A stretch of 64,000 nt of DNA from Octopus sinensis. Its lineage: Eukaryota. A model generated the notes under the pieces. It was not told the origin of the DNA and searched no databases. It saw only the letters and a program-made list of their open reading frames with translations. The DNA is taken from contig NC_043002.1 in the NCBI RefSeq assembly GCF_006345805.1, positions 15,438,001 through 15,502,000 of the forward strand, written 5' to 3'. The translations under genes were made by a program, and so were the position numbers. Every line of letters begins with the position of its first letter. The stretch's first letter is position 1. Shown in pieces: positions 1-12,780 of the stretch.

Positions 1-610
1 AAAATGTTTTAGACAAACTATCGAGATTGTTCAATATTTTATATATTTGTTCTTAAAAGAAACGAACATATTTTCACGTTTACAAAAGATCTAAATATTT
101 CTTTATAACATGTTACTTTCGCTATCAAAAAAACCTCAATTTTAAAAAATTAATCGAAAGTTTAAAGAACGTTAACGGAAATACAGTTACAACGAAATGT
201 CAGGAAAGTCACAATATTGCCTTTGGTTATATGTCTAATTATAAATATCATATTTTATTTAAATACCATAGGTAATACTTAAAATATAGAAAAACAACTT
301 ATTAATTTTCTATGCAAGAACTGTGTAGAATGACACCATAATTTTCAGAATGCCATAACACGTAAGTAGAAACCAATATGTTAAGTTCAATATCTCAAAG
401 AAACCAATGTTAAAAAATTCCAAAACAATTAATCACGTAAATTTCAATTGTTTTATTTGTTTTTGTGAATTATTCCTGGTTCCTGTTTTTTTGATCTTTC
501 AAAATAATTTGTTTTTAGTACTTTCTAGTTAAAATTTTCTAATGATTCAAGCAAAAAGAAAAAAAAAACAATTCGTTAGAATTTTTGCTATTGTTTTCTA
601 AATGATTTTC

Positions 611-930
611 TCATCATCATTGTTCGACCGTGGTCGAGACAATGGAATTTCATATGCTACGCCAGACTTCACGGTCCATCATGGCATTACGGAGGTCCTG
701 TTGCTGGATGCCTGTAACCCTGGAGATTACATCAGGGTAGGAGTGTGTGCGCCCTCTGGTATTGCGAGTAGATGGCTTCCAGAGGAGAAGAGTAGAAATT
801 ACCTCTTTTTTCAGCTCTACAACAATGTCCAGCAAACTGGACTCTCTTACCTTTCACAACGATTTTCTAGGATAATTAGTATATCGCTAACTTATTTCAC
901 GATGGTGGAGGCGCAATTGCCCAGTTGGGA
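611..930 (-). mobile_element. RTE-type LINE 3' fragment (C-terminal ORF remnant, (TGA)n tail)
   Basis: Minus ORF 650..835 reads EVISTLLLWKPSTRNTRGRTHSYPDVISR...DLRNAMMDREVWRSI, typical of an RTE ORF C-terminus. It ends in a TGA tail (tcatcatca on +). Confidence 0.7.
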
Positions 931-931
931 A

Positions 932-1013
932 AATGCTATGATGGACCGTAAAGTCTGGCGTAGCATAGTAAATTCCATTGTCTCGACCACGTACGAACAA
1001 TGATGATGATGAT
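932..1013 (+). mobile_element. Second, very short RTE 3' end in opposite orientation
   Basis: Near-perfect reverse complement of 611-688 (NAMMDRKVWRSIVNSIVSTT), ending in tgatgatgatgat. Confidence 0.7.
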
Positions 1014-1257
1014 GGCCCAGTGGTTAGGGCAGCGGGCTCGCTAAAAGCTCCACGAGGCTCCGGCACCACGAGCGGAGGGTGGTGACCCCTGTTGTGCTCA
1101 ATCGCCACATCTTTCTGTCACTCTCTCCTCCCGTTTATTCAGTAACGCTACGATGGACTGGCGTCCTGTCCACGTGGGAGAATCACATACGCCATAGAAA
1201 CCGGGAAACCGCGCCAATGAGCCTGGCTAGGCTTGAAAAGGGCGACGTTTTTATTTC
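1014..1257 (+). mobile_element. tRNA-derived SINE (shared core, tail type a)
   Basis: A-box-like TGGCCCAGTGG head; core aaagctccacgaggctccggca also seen at 7.9, 38.6, 39.7 and 57.8 kb. Confidence 0.7.
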
Positions 1258-1429
1258 ACAATGAGCACTAAATTTCTCCGAGGTTTCAGTGCATGCACTA
1301 CCTTATTATTAAAAATTCTTTACGTTATATTTGTTGTTCTTCCTCACCTATAGTTGTTGTTCTTCTTCCTAATTCATACTCTTTTTATGTTTGATGCTGT
1401 ATTTTTTTATGTAGATACGCTTTTACATT

Positions 1430-1800
1430 GCTCAGTATTTTCTATTGTTAAACTGTGTTTAAAATAAGAAACTGTAAATGAAACTGAACGATGTCGTTGC
1501 TGAAGGGACCAAGATCTAAAGAAATCATCAGTTCTATTATCCTCCGAGCATTCGGCAGGGAATTTGTTACGTTTGTTCTCGAACTGAATCGTTATATTTT
1601 CCTTTTGAAAAATGGCCTTGTGCAATTTTTTGATGGCTTCTGGGAAAATGCCTCTGTAAACGTTTACAACAGATATTCCTTCCATCCCTATCATTAAATC
1701 AACATGAAACCATAACGGTTGAAAGACATCAAATACAAAGCGGCACGAAAAACAGAAATCGAGGCATATAATCCCTTTCAATCTGTAACATCCTTGCAAC
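1430..1800 (-). pseudogene. Possible Penelope-like RT remnant
   Basis: Minus translation EAIKKLHKAIFQKENITIQFEN and a DRDG-like motif resemble the PLE RT region after YRDD. Heavily decayed. Confidence 0.35.
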
Positions 1801-2779
1801 AAGAAACTAAGTGAAACTAAAATACTCCAATAGCATCAGTAGTAATACCTCTCCATAGTTACATTGCTTAGTGAGAACAGGTGTTCAAGACCAAAAACTA
1901 GAATAACAAGAGTATTTATAAAGCCGTGAAGAAAATATATCAGGACAACGTTAAAAATCACAAGTGTGACCACAAGTGTCAAAACCAGTGGTAAACTCTC
2001 AAGAGTGACATGAACAATGCTACTGTAAGACAACTAAAATTCCAAGTTCCACACCAACCGCACCACAATTTTGAACGTCCAAATTATCATTAGCAGTATG
2101 AGAACCACAGTCTTACTCCTTCGCAGTTAATGTTATAAATTTTATCCAACTGATATGATTTATAAACAGGCTAGCTTAAAAACTGAAAATACCAAGTAAA
2201 AATTTCAAAATGATTCCCAGACAAACAGCAGAGGCACGTCGATCAATCATCAATGTGTGAAAACGAGCACACACATTCTACTAGAAATTGATAAGAAGAA
2301 GACTGTATGGTGTCGTCCATTGCAATTTATTAAATCGGTCATCAGAGTAAAGTATTCCGTTGGAATTTGTTAGGGGAAGGAATATATATATTTTAATTTC
2401 AGTTACCTGGAAGGAAGGATAGAGACCTGAAAGATATCTGAGGACTCAATGCAGCTACTTTGTAATATCCATTAAAGATACATGGTAGAGAATTCACCCG
2501 GAATAGAATTGCATTATATAGTACATGTGATAAAGAAGGACACGTGTGAAATCATCTGCCGAATAGCGCAAAACTGCAAAATACAACGCATGTTAAAAAA
2601 ACTGCTGCAGATTTCCCCACCGATTCAAAACAGCATAAAAAAACAGGAACTACAGCAATAATAAGGCACACTGCATTATCATTGGAAACAGCAAGTATAG
2701 TAAGAACAACAGCACATAATAAGCATAAAAATCTATCTCTCCGAAAAGGAATATTTGAGGATCCAGATATGGAAACTAG

Positions 2780-3420
2780 GAATGTTTGTCTCTCCCAGAC
2801 ACTTATGGTCTAGAGTACAAAGTTCTCTCAATATTGTTCAGAAAACCGTTGTTGATGCAAGTCCAAGGTTAACTGCTCGAGAACGAGCAAATGAGTTCAA
2901 GGCCCATTTCGCCCTTTTTTTTTATCATCTGGCTGCTTTTCAGCTAGTAAAGAAAATCCTCTCTGTCGCCATTGATGAATATGTTTGGTATCGCTTCCTC
3001 AGTAGAAGTATCATAATTGATGGAAAGCAAGTTGTAAGTAATCATATCTGATGAAAACTGCAATAATTTAGCATCCATATAAGAAAGAAGAATAAATCAC
3101 AAAACCAAGACTGCAGCCGACTAAAGTTTATTCAGTGTTTGTTGGAATATATATTTGAACAGGGATTTAGCAGCGCCAGAAACTTATTCTGTTCTGAAGA
3201 AGTGAAATGACACAGAGATCGAGGTTCACAGATATTTCTTTGTCAAGAATGGGAAAACTGAACTCATCTGTTCGAAAATATAAGGACACAGATAATGTGT
3301 CGTATAGTCAGATTGAGTAGTTATTTCCTGGGGCTAAATAACAGTAACATTCGTCCCAACCAGGACTGCCACATTATGTTGTCAAATTACTGTTTATATC
3401 AAAACCTGAAAAATTTTACT
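2780..3420 (+). pseudogene. Degenerate mariner transposase
   Basis: KTVVDASPRLTARERANEF (HTH), FLSRSIIIDGKQV (first D region), KPRLQPTKV..SVCWN, and SNYCLYQNLKNF (~SDYHLFRSLQNF) occur in the correct order with frameshifts. Confidence 0.6.
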
Positions 3421-3485
3421 ACTGAGTATCAGCAATGCACGAAAATTAGAATTATGTTATTAAATATATATATATATACGCACTG

Positions 3486-3518
<33 letters not shown>

Positions 3519-3632
3519 TCATCTATCTATCTATCAATCTATCTATCTGTCTATCTCTCTCTCTCTATCTATCCATCTATCTCTCTATCTCCCTCTCTCG
3601 CTCTCTCTTTCTCCCTCTCTCTCTCTCTCTCC

Positions 3633-3667
<35 letters not shown>

Positions 3668-3908
3668 TTTGGTCATAATTATTGCGGCTTTTGTTTCAAC
3701 AAATTGTATTCTACAAGAACAATAACATCAAATAAAAACACTTTAAATGATTATTCCGGAGTATATTCAGCATGTACGTCAATTACCTCTTCCCATTGGC
3801 TTGGCAAATGGTCAGACCGTCAGTTTAATATGCTTTTGTTAAATATTGTTATCGTTTTCGTTGAATGAAATTTGTTGACAAAAACCCGCACTAATTATGC
3901 ACCACCCC
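3668..3908. mobile_element. Mariner-derived MITE
   Basis: Inverted ends ggtcataattattgcggcttttgtttcaacaaatt / aatttgttgacaaaaacccgcactaattatgcacc. Internal minus-strand DHLPSQWEEVIDVHAEY* resembles a mariner C-terminus. Confidence 0.6.
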
Positions 3909-4109
3909 ACAATATATATATGTGTGTGTGTGTGTTTGTCTGTCTGTGTCTCTTTGTGTATGTGTGTGTGTGTGTATGTGCGCACGCTTGTGAAAATGCA
4001 CAACTCTGTTATCGTATTCTGCTAAGATCGAAGAGGCTGTTGCCTTGACTGATTCCACTAGAACACTTGCGTCGTAACCTAAACTTAGTATACCTACCTA
4101 CCTACCTAC

Positions 4110-4153
<44 letters not shown>

Positions 4154-4323
4154 CATACATACGTACTCCGAAAAAAATCAAGAGTTGTGGCGAAAATGTC
4201 CAAAGCTTTCCAGATTCATTTAACCACCATAATGAATCTTTAATTATATTAATTATTTCTCGAAAAACGATGTGTACAAACGTATGTGTGGAGCGTGTAT
4301 GTATATATATAAATGTATGTATG

Positions 4324-4354
<31 letters not shown>

Positions 4355-4394
4355 ATATCTATCTATATAACTACATATATATATATATATTATA

Positions 4395-4597
4395 TATATA
4401 TATATATATTATATATATATGTATATATGTATGTATGTATGTATATAAGTATAAGTAAAAATACATAATTAGAATTCTCGTTCGGATACACTATTTTGCC
4501 CTTTCGTAGTAACATTGGAAATATTACTACTTGTAAATATTTCATAAATATAAACTTACAATCACTGAACATATAAACGCCAGTGTTACATTGCACA

Positions 4598-4633
<36 letters not shown>

Positions 4634-5911
4634 AGGAATGGATTGAAGAAATTCTGGAACAGCCATTCCCCACTTTTATGACTTGGTGAAGACTAATTAT
4701 GTCCTCAGGTCTACGAAGAGAGTACATGCAAGGTAAAGCAACGGAAAAGGGGATTTAAAAGGGGAAGGAAATAAAATGTCTGCTTGTGTGCAATCTCTGG
4801 AAAATGCAACGAATAACAAAGCCCGCTTTTGCTCATTTGCATACTACATTCTTGTGCATAGCGCATTTACTAAACTACTAAACGTGCATATTCCTGAATA
4901 TATTTGTAAATAAATGATCGTGCATTCGGTTTACTATAGGTTTTATATGCCCACGAAGCCCGATGAATATTTTTCAAAGTTGACTATGTAAATTCATTTA
5001 CTAATTCATCCAGAAACACGAAGTCGTAACACCTCACTTAATACTTAATACCCGTTTAAGTACTGATGGGATATACGGATATGTAAAGTAGTAAAAAATA
5101 GTGGAAATTTTTTTACATGTATTTTTCATAAATATCTCTAGCTACGGAATTCCTTTCATTTTCTATGGCATGCACGCGTACACATTCTCACCATCGCCAA
5201 CACTCATAGCTGCATTATTTCTCTGTATGCATGAGTGTATAAATGTGTGCGTGTATGTGTGTGCGCGTGTATGTGTGTGTGCGGATGTGTGTGTTTGTAT
5301 GTGTGTGTATATTTGCGTGAATGTGTTTTCATGTACATATGCGTGGACTCGACGCAACTCGTTAGATGTTCACAAAGTAAAACTTTACTTATCAATATTG
5401 CTCACCCAACTAGCTCTTCAAAACATTCCTGATATTTAAGTTTGGTGTCTATTTTTGAACCTATCAATAAAAACCTACCTACCTACATTCGTACATCCAC
5501 CCATCCATCCATACATACATACATACATACTTACATACATACATACATACATACACACAAACACATATTCAGTGATACGGAGAAATTTTTCATATGGTGA
5601 AATTTTTATATGGTGAGATGAAGGGGCCTACTATCTCTAAATGAAAATATATATTTCTTCATTGAGAATAATTTGAACCCCTGTTATGCCGTAATTTTTA
5701 TTCCCTAACATATATATATATATTATATATATATGTATATATGTATGTATGTATGTATATAAGTATAAGTAAAAATACATAATTAGAATTCTCGTTCGGA
5801 TACACTATTTTGCCCTTTCGTAGTAACATTGGAAATATTACTACTTGTAAATATTTCATAAATATAAACTTACAATCACTGAACATATAAACGCCAGTGT
5901 TACATTGCACA

Positions 5912-5942
<31 letters not shown>

Positions 5943-7024
5943 CTAAGGAATGGATTGAAGAAATTCTGGAACAGCCATTCCCCACTTTTATGACTTGGTG
6001 AAGACTAATTATGTCCTCAGGTCTACGAAGAGAGTACATGCAAGGTAAAGCAACGGAAAAGGGGATTTAAAAGGGGAAGGAAATAAAATGTCTGCTTGTG
6101 TGCAATCTCTGGAAAATGCAACGAATAACAAAGCCCGCTTTTGCTCATTTGCATACTACATTCTTGTGCATAGCGCATTTACTAAACTACTAAACGTGCA
6201 TATTCCTGAATATATTTGTAAATAAATGATCGTGCATTCGGTTTACTATAGGTTTTATATGCCCAACGAAGCCCGATGAATATTTTTCAAAGTTGACTAT
6301 GTAAATTCATTTACTAATTCATCCAGAAACACGAAGTCGTAACACCTCACTTAATACTTAATACCCGTTTAAGTACTGATGGGATATACGGGATATGTAA
6401 AGTAGTAAAAAATAGTGGAAATTTTTTTACATGTATTTTTCATAAATATCTCTAGCTACGGAAATTCCTTTCATTTTCTATGGCATGCACGCGTACACAT
6501 TCTCACCATCGCCAACACTCATAGCTGCATTATTTCTCTGTATGCATGAGTGTATAAATGTGTGCGTGTATGTGTGTGCGCGTGTATGTATGTGTGCGGA
6601 TGTGTGTGTTTGTATGTGTGTGTATATTTGCGTGAATGTGTTTTCATGTACATATGCGTGGACTCGACGCAACTCGTTAGATGTTCACAATGTAAAACTT
6701 TACTTATCAATATTGCTCACCCAACTAGCTCTTCAAAACATTCCTGATATTTAAGTTTGGTGTCTATTTTTGAACCTATCAATAAAAACCTACCTACCTA
6801 CATTCGTACATCCATCCATCCATCCATACATTCATACATACATACTTACATACATACATAGATACATACACACAAACACACATTCAGTGATACGGAGAAA
6901 TTTTTCATAAGGTGAAATTTTTATATGGTGAGATGAAGGGGCCTACTATCTCTAAATGAAACTATATATTTCTTCATTGAGAATAATTTGAACCCCTGTT
7001 ATGCCGTAATTTTTATTCCCTAAC

Positions 7025-7025
<1 letters not shown>
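4395..7025. repeat. Tandem duplication of a ~1315 bp unit (about 4395-5710 and 5711-7025)
   Basis: The two copies align at offset 1314-1315 with a handful of substitutions and 1-bp indels. Breakpoints lie in (AT)n. Confidence 0.95.
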
Positions 7026-7057
<32 letters not shown>

Positions 7058-7282
7058 TACATACATACATACTTACATACACATACACACATATACATAT
7101 ATAAGAAATTAACTGCGTGAAATTGAATGCGAAGAGTACGCTAAACGTTTCAACTACACGTACTTACCGCAGTACTAATATTACGATTATTAGGCGTCAA
7201 TCGCAAATGAAGACTGATGAAGGCATGTATGTACGTGTAACTATTAGTAGCATAATAAGTACCGGTAGCTGAAACATATAGA

Positions 7283-7283
<1 letters not shown>

Positions 7284-7346
<63 letters not shown>

Positions 7347-7376
7347 TACTACTAGTAGTAGTATTAGTAGTAGTAT

Positions 7377-7452
<76 letters not shown>
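7284..7452. repeat. Compound (ATT)n-(ACT)n-(AGT)n microsatellite
   Basis: Directly visible. Confidence 0.95.
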
Positions 7453-7453
<1 letters not shown>

Positions 7454-7889
7454 TATAAAACATGGTTATTATCATTCAGATTAAAAATAAGAAAATGGCG
7501 ATAATCTTTTTAATGAAGATTTATCAACAAAAATCATAGCCCCATACAGCCGTTTCAATTAAGCACAATAAACATGAAATAAATATTAACAAACTCCTTT
7601 TTCGGGACAGTCGTCTATGATGATTCTATAATTCAGCATTAGAAAAAACAACATAAGTGTGTATATTTTTCAACTTCTCTGAAGAGATTTTGCCCCCAAA
7701 ATGGTCTTCGCAATGTTTATTTAATCTTTATCATGCTCAATTGAAACAGTAGTAATGGGATATGTTTTGATTTTGTTGATAATACATTTTTACTAAATGT
7801 TATATCTCCAATTCCTTAATCTTAATTTGAATGTATATAAACCATGGTTGCAAATATATATATATATATATATATTTGGAAGGAGAAAG

Positions 7890-8198
7890 TTTTGGGCAGC
7901 AGACTCGAGGTTTCGATTTCCCGACCGGGCGTTGCGAGTGTTTCTTGAGCGAAAACACTTAAAGCTCCCCGAGACCCCGCCAGGTTAGGACGAACCTCGC
8001 TGTACTATTGCACCACAATTTTCTCTCACTTTTTCCTCCTGCTTGTTGTACCTGTATTTCTAAGGGCCAGCCTTGTTCTTCTCTGTGTCACACTTAATTT
8101 CCACCAGAACTCCGTCAAAGGTAGACGTATCTGTGGAATGCTCAGTCACTTGCACGTTAATTTCACGAGTTGGTTGGATCAACTGGAGCCATCGTCTG
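7890..8198 (+). mobile_element. tRNA-derived SINE (tail type b)
   Basis: B-box-like ggtttcgattt, shared core, and a tail matching the minus-strand copies at 38415-38720 and 47820-48730. Confidence 0.7.
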
Positions 8199-8340
8199 CC
8201 ACATCCACTCACAAGAGTTTGGTCATCCCATCCCGAGGCTATAGTAATAGATAGTTGCCCAAGATTCCACTCAGTAGGACTCAACAGGGAACTATATAGG
8301 TGCGAAACAAGCGTCTTACCACACAGCAACATTTGCGCTT
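8198..8340 (-). mobile_element. SINE head/core fragment of the 46930-47355 family
   Basis: Reverse complement gctgtgtggtaagacgc...cttgggcaact...ttgtgagtggatg aligns to 47220-47345. Confidence 0.6.
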
Positions 8341-9159
8341 GTATTGTTAATTCTTAAAAGAAAAACAAGTAATAAAACAGAGACAAAATAGAATCAAGAT
8401 GTATAAATAAATCTAGTGAAATAATTTACAAATACGTTTACAAACGCATAATCTTAAGTAATTTAGTGAAACAATATAGAAAGCCAGCACACGAAAAACA
8501 CACATACGCACGCACATTCGCAAGCATTCAACACTCAGGACTACTTACAAAACCACACTAACAAACAGACATACGCACACAAAAATAAATACTTGTTCTT
8601 TTGTACGTCAATGTCGTATAATTATATACACACATGCATGAGTACCGTCAGCTATGTTTCTCATTTTCTATCTGGCAGACATGTATGAAAAAAAATATTT
8701 TTCAAAAATATTTTTTTCTTCTGTTGTAAGCATGTGAGACACATTCAGAATATCTATTATTTGAAGAAGCATGTTTTCCAGATTTATCATTATAATTTCT
8801 TTTCATAGTATATTTTTTTCTTCAGTTTTTCAACATCTAACATGGTGTAACCATAACATAATATTATCCCGCTGGGACACAACACGCTGCGGTCCCACAC
8901 GTACACTATCACAAACACATACGCACACACACGCATAGACACGAAGACGTATAAGTGTGTTTTAAATATATATATAAATGTATGTATGTATACATATCTG
9001 TGTATGGATATATATATGTGTGTGTATGTGTGTATGTGTGAGTGTATTATTTTTCTATAAAAAGAATTTAAAACACACATACATATGACATTATACGCAC
9101 ATACGCTTGCACATAAACACACACACATACATATGTATATATATATGTATATATATATG

Positions 9160-9182
<23 letters not shown>

Positions 9183-9196
<14 letters not shown>

Positions 9197-9212
9197 GGAG
9201 AGAGGGAGGGAG

Positions 9213-9265
<53 letters not shown>

Positions 9266-9288
9266 TATAGATAGATAGACAGGCATAG

Positions 9289-9346
<58 letters not shown>

Positions 9347-9363
9347 GTAGATAGATAGATAGT

Positions 9364-9443
<80 letters not shown>

Positions 9444-9545
9444 AGATAGAGATTTATATATGCATACATATGTATATATATATGTATATAGAGAGAGAAT
9501 GAGATAGAGAGCGAGAGCAAGAGAGAGAGAGACAGAGAGAGAGTT
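9183..9545. repeat. (AG)n/(AGAT)n microsatellite block
   Basis: Directly visible. Source of spurious YLSI-repeat ORFs. Confidence 0.95.
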
Positions 9546-9996
9546 AAAGGAATCGAAATATATTTGCCCATGAATATATGGTTATATAAGCAGAGATATA
9601 CTTTTATACTATTTCGTGTACGTGAATACCAATATACAAATATTTATAAGAGATTTTGCATTAATGCATGTACATATGTATGCCCTGTCAACGCCATTAA
9701 CAGGAATTGAAGTGATCGTACAATATTATTCATTACAAAATAGTGTGTTTACACTCAGTTATTTTGCCTATTTAGTATTCAACATGCACGCACGAACGCA
9801 CGTCTATAAAAATTCATATAAACACATGCACGATAACCCGCTCTCTGTAACGCTCACATTTAAACAATCATGCACAAATACATACACACATGGGCATACA
9901 TTTATAAATACACATGTATGTATCGTTCTATATACATACATATATATATATACGTATATATTTATATAATAATATATATATATATCTATCTATCAA

Positions 9997-10053
<57 letters not shown>

Positions 10054-10118
10054 CTCTCTCTATATATATATGTATATATATATATTATATATATATATAT
10101 TATATATTATACTAATTA

Positions 10119-10320
10119 ATTAAGGGTTCAGCAACGATTTGCCTCACCACATACCGAATTTAGAAATAGCAGTCAAAAAGTTTTGGCTATTCTTTCTACT
10201 TAAAAGGGCGATCCCAGTAAAACCAAAGCACTTAAAAAACAAACGACGCAGGCAAAAGAGAAAGAAATGACGGAAATCATTCTATATTAAGTTACCTACG
10301 GACGTACGTTTCGGAATCAA

Positions 10321-10322
<2 letters not shown>
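10119..10322 (-). mobile_element. Small Penelope-like remnant with 3' half of a hammerhead motif
   Basis: attaagggttcagcaacgatttgcctcaccacataccgaatttagaaatagcagtcaa aligns to 62181-62240. Minus strand reads CCGAAACGTACGTC at ~10301-10314. Confidence 0.55.
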
Positions 10323-10356
<34 letters not shown>

Positions 10357-11608
10357 AAATGAAATGTATTCATGGAAGAGCAATATTGACAAATATGGTC
10401 TTAGGTTAAAGTCAAAGTTTTAAAGTTTAAATAGAGAAGGAGGAGCATGCATAGAGCGGGAGAAATATTAAGAGAAAATTATATATTCATACATTTAATC
10501 GTACGAATTTGTGCATGCAGTATTCCCATGCTGTTATTTAATCGCACATTTTCGTATATGCATATGTATATATATAATCAAAAATATATGTATATATAAT
10601 CAAAGACAGGGAGAGAGTGAAAGAGAGAAAGATACATAAATAGATGGATAGACAGACTGACAGATAGATAGATTGATTGATTGACTGTTATATAGATGTA
10701 TACATGCATAGATAAATATATAGATAGTAAGTGGGGAGGTAGGATGGTGGATAGGTAAATAATCATGCGTACCTATATAAATGCAGGTATGCATATATGC
10801 TTCTCTTTATATGTTCAGTTCTTTTATGCCACCAACTCTTTTATTCCCTATATATTTATTCCTACGTACTTTCTGAGAATGATGTTTAAAAAAAAAGCTA
10901 ATAATACAGCACATGCAAAGTTGGGAAATATATGAAAGAACGGAAGCTGCGAGCGTGATTTCAAATCATGTAGACCTTAAATGTTGAAAACAACATTGAA
11001 AATATTTTAATAATACTTTGTCTGTCAGCGGATAGCATGCAGTTATGAAGTCATTGAAACTGGTTTCGATAAAAGAAGCTAAAAATGGATGAGGAATTTC
11101 GAAACGAAATATGTACATATGATCATGTCTATATATATTTAATGTATCTAAAATGAATGGCTACTGTTTTTCATAAAATAGCCTCAGAGGCTTCGTTTCC
11201 ATCACTCTTTCAGTATCTTAATATATCTTTACGTTTCAACTTTTCTTTGATTTTCGGAAACTAATTCACGATTCATATTGTCGTCATATTGGTAGATACT
11301 TATATAACATTTTTCTATAAGTCTATAATGTCTCTAACACGTCTACAAGCCATGTTTCCTTGTCAGCATATTTGTCGTATCTGTCACTTTCTACAAGCAC
11401 ATACATATACACACTCACACACACACACACATACGCATACACACACTCACACCACATACCTATGCACAGGCACATACACACACTGTTTCTCTCTCCCCTC
11501 CCTTTTTCTCTCTTCGATGAGCGTATATATCTAGTCATCGTATGCATATACGTGGTGTGTAAATATATACAAATATATATGCATATATACACACGAATAC
11601 ACATATAT

Positions 11609-11650
<42 letters not shown>

Positions 11651-11737
11651 CATGTGTGTGTGTGTATGTGTATATATATATACATACATACATACTTACA
11701 TACACACACATACACACACACATATAAATATATATAT

Positions 11738-12780
11738 TTTGCATAGAACGGCGAAATAACCCACTGTAGTTGCAAAACGTAAAACTCTAAGTCATAGAGA
11801 TCACTACAACACTTTGGTTTAAAAACATTTAAAAAAATATATATATATAAATATATACATATACACAGTAATTTTCATTATCGCCGAAACGCACATGGTG
11901 CAAAAATAACTGAATCAAGTTATCTCCTGCAAGAAAGAAAAAAGAAGCATCTCTCCTGAAAAAAAATCCCGTAAACCAAAAAAAAAAAAAAATAATAATC
12001 CAGACCACATTGTTGGATTAAGTATCAATTTCATCTATTTCATATTTTATTTATTATTCTATTTTATCTTTCACTTAGGCCCACATCTTAGTTAAAGTTG
12101 CGATCGTCATTTTGTTTGTTTACATTTTCAATAACTGTTCTCGATATAATAATTTTCCAGATACTCTATCTTCTAATTAGCCTTAAGATTAAATTAAATA
12201 ACGTTTAATATTGATACCGTCAAATTAGCCTTAGGATTAAATTAAATAACGTTTAATAACGTTTAATAACGTTTTCAGCAGAGAAAGACGTGATTGCCTT
12301 TGCTCTGTGAAAAAGTTTGCATAGAACGGCGAAATAACCCACTGTAGTTGCAAAACGTAAAACTCTAAGTCATAGAGATCACTACAACACTTTGGTTTAA
12401 AAACATTTAAAAAAATATATATATATAAATATATACATATACACAGTAATTTTCATTATCGCCGAAACGCACATGGTGCAAAAATAACTGAATCAAGTTA
12501 TCTCCTGCAAGAAAGAAAAAAGAAGCATCTCTCCTGAAAAAAATCCCGTAAACCAAAAAAAAATAATTCAGACCACATTGTTGGATTAAGTATCAATTTC
12601 ATCTATTTCATATTTTTTTATTATTCTATTTTATCTTTCACTTAGGCCCACATCTTAGTTAAAGTTGCGATCGTCATTTTGTTGTTTACATTTTCAATAA
12701 CTGTTCTCGATATAATAATTTTCCAGATACTCTATCTTCTAATTAGCCTTAAGATTAAATTAAATAACGTTTAATATTGT
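11738..12780 (+). repeat. Direct duplication of the LINE 5' region (offset 578 bp)
   Basis: gcatagaacggcgaaataacccactg... at 11741 and 12319, near-identical for ~470 bp. Confidence 0.93.

Noticed and set aside
2240-2720. Faint R4/Dong RLE-like remnant (IDKKK..., ALSLETASIVR)
   Set aside because: Too decayed to call with confidence.
4636-4737. Possible exon (polypyrimidine-AG ... AAG|GTAAAG) encoding EWIEEILEQPFP, calponin-homology-like
   Set aside because: All three frames contain stops, the pyrimidine tract is just a (CT)n microsatellite, and no partner exons were found.
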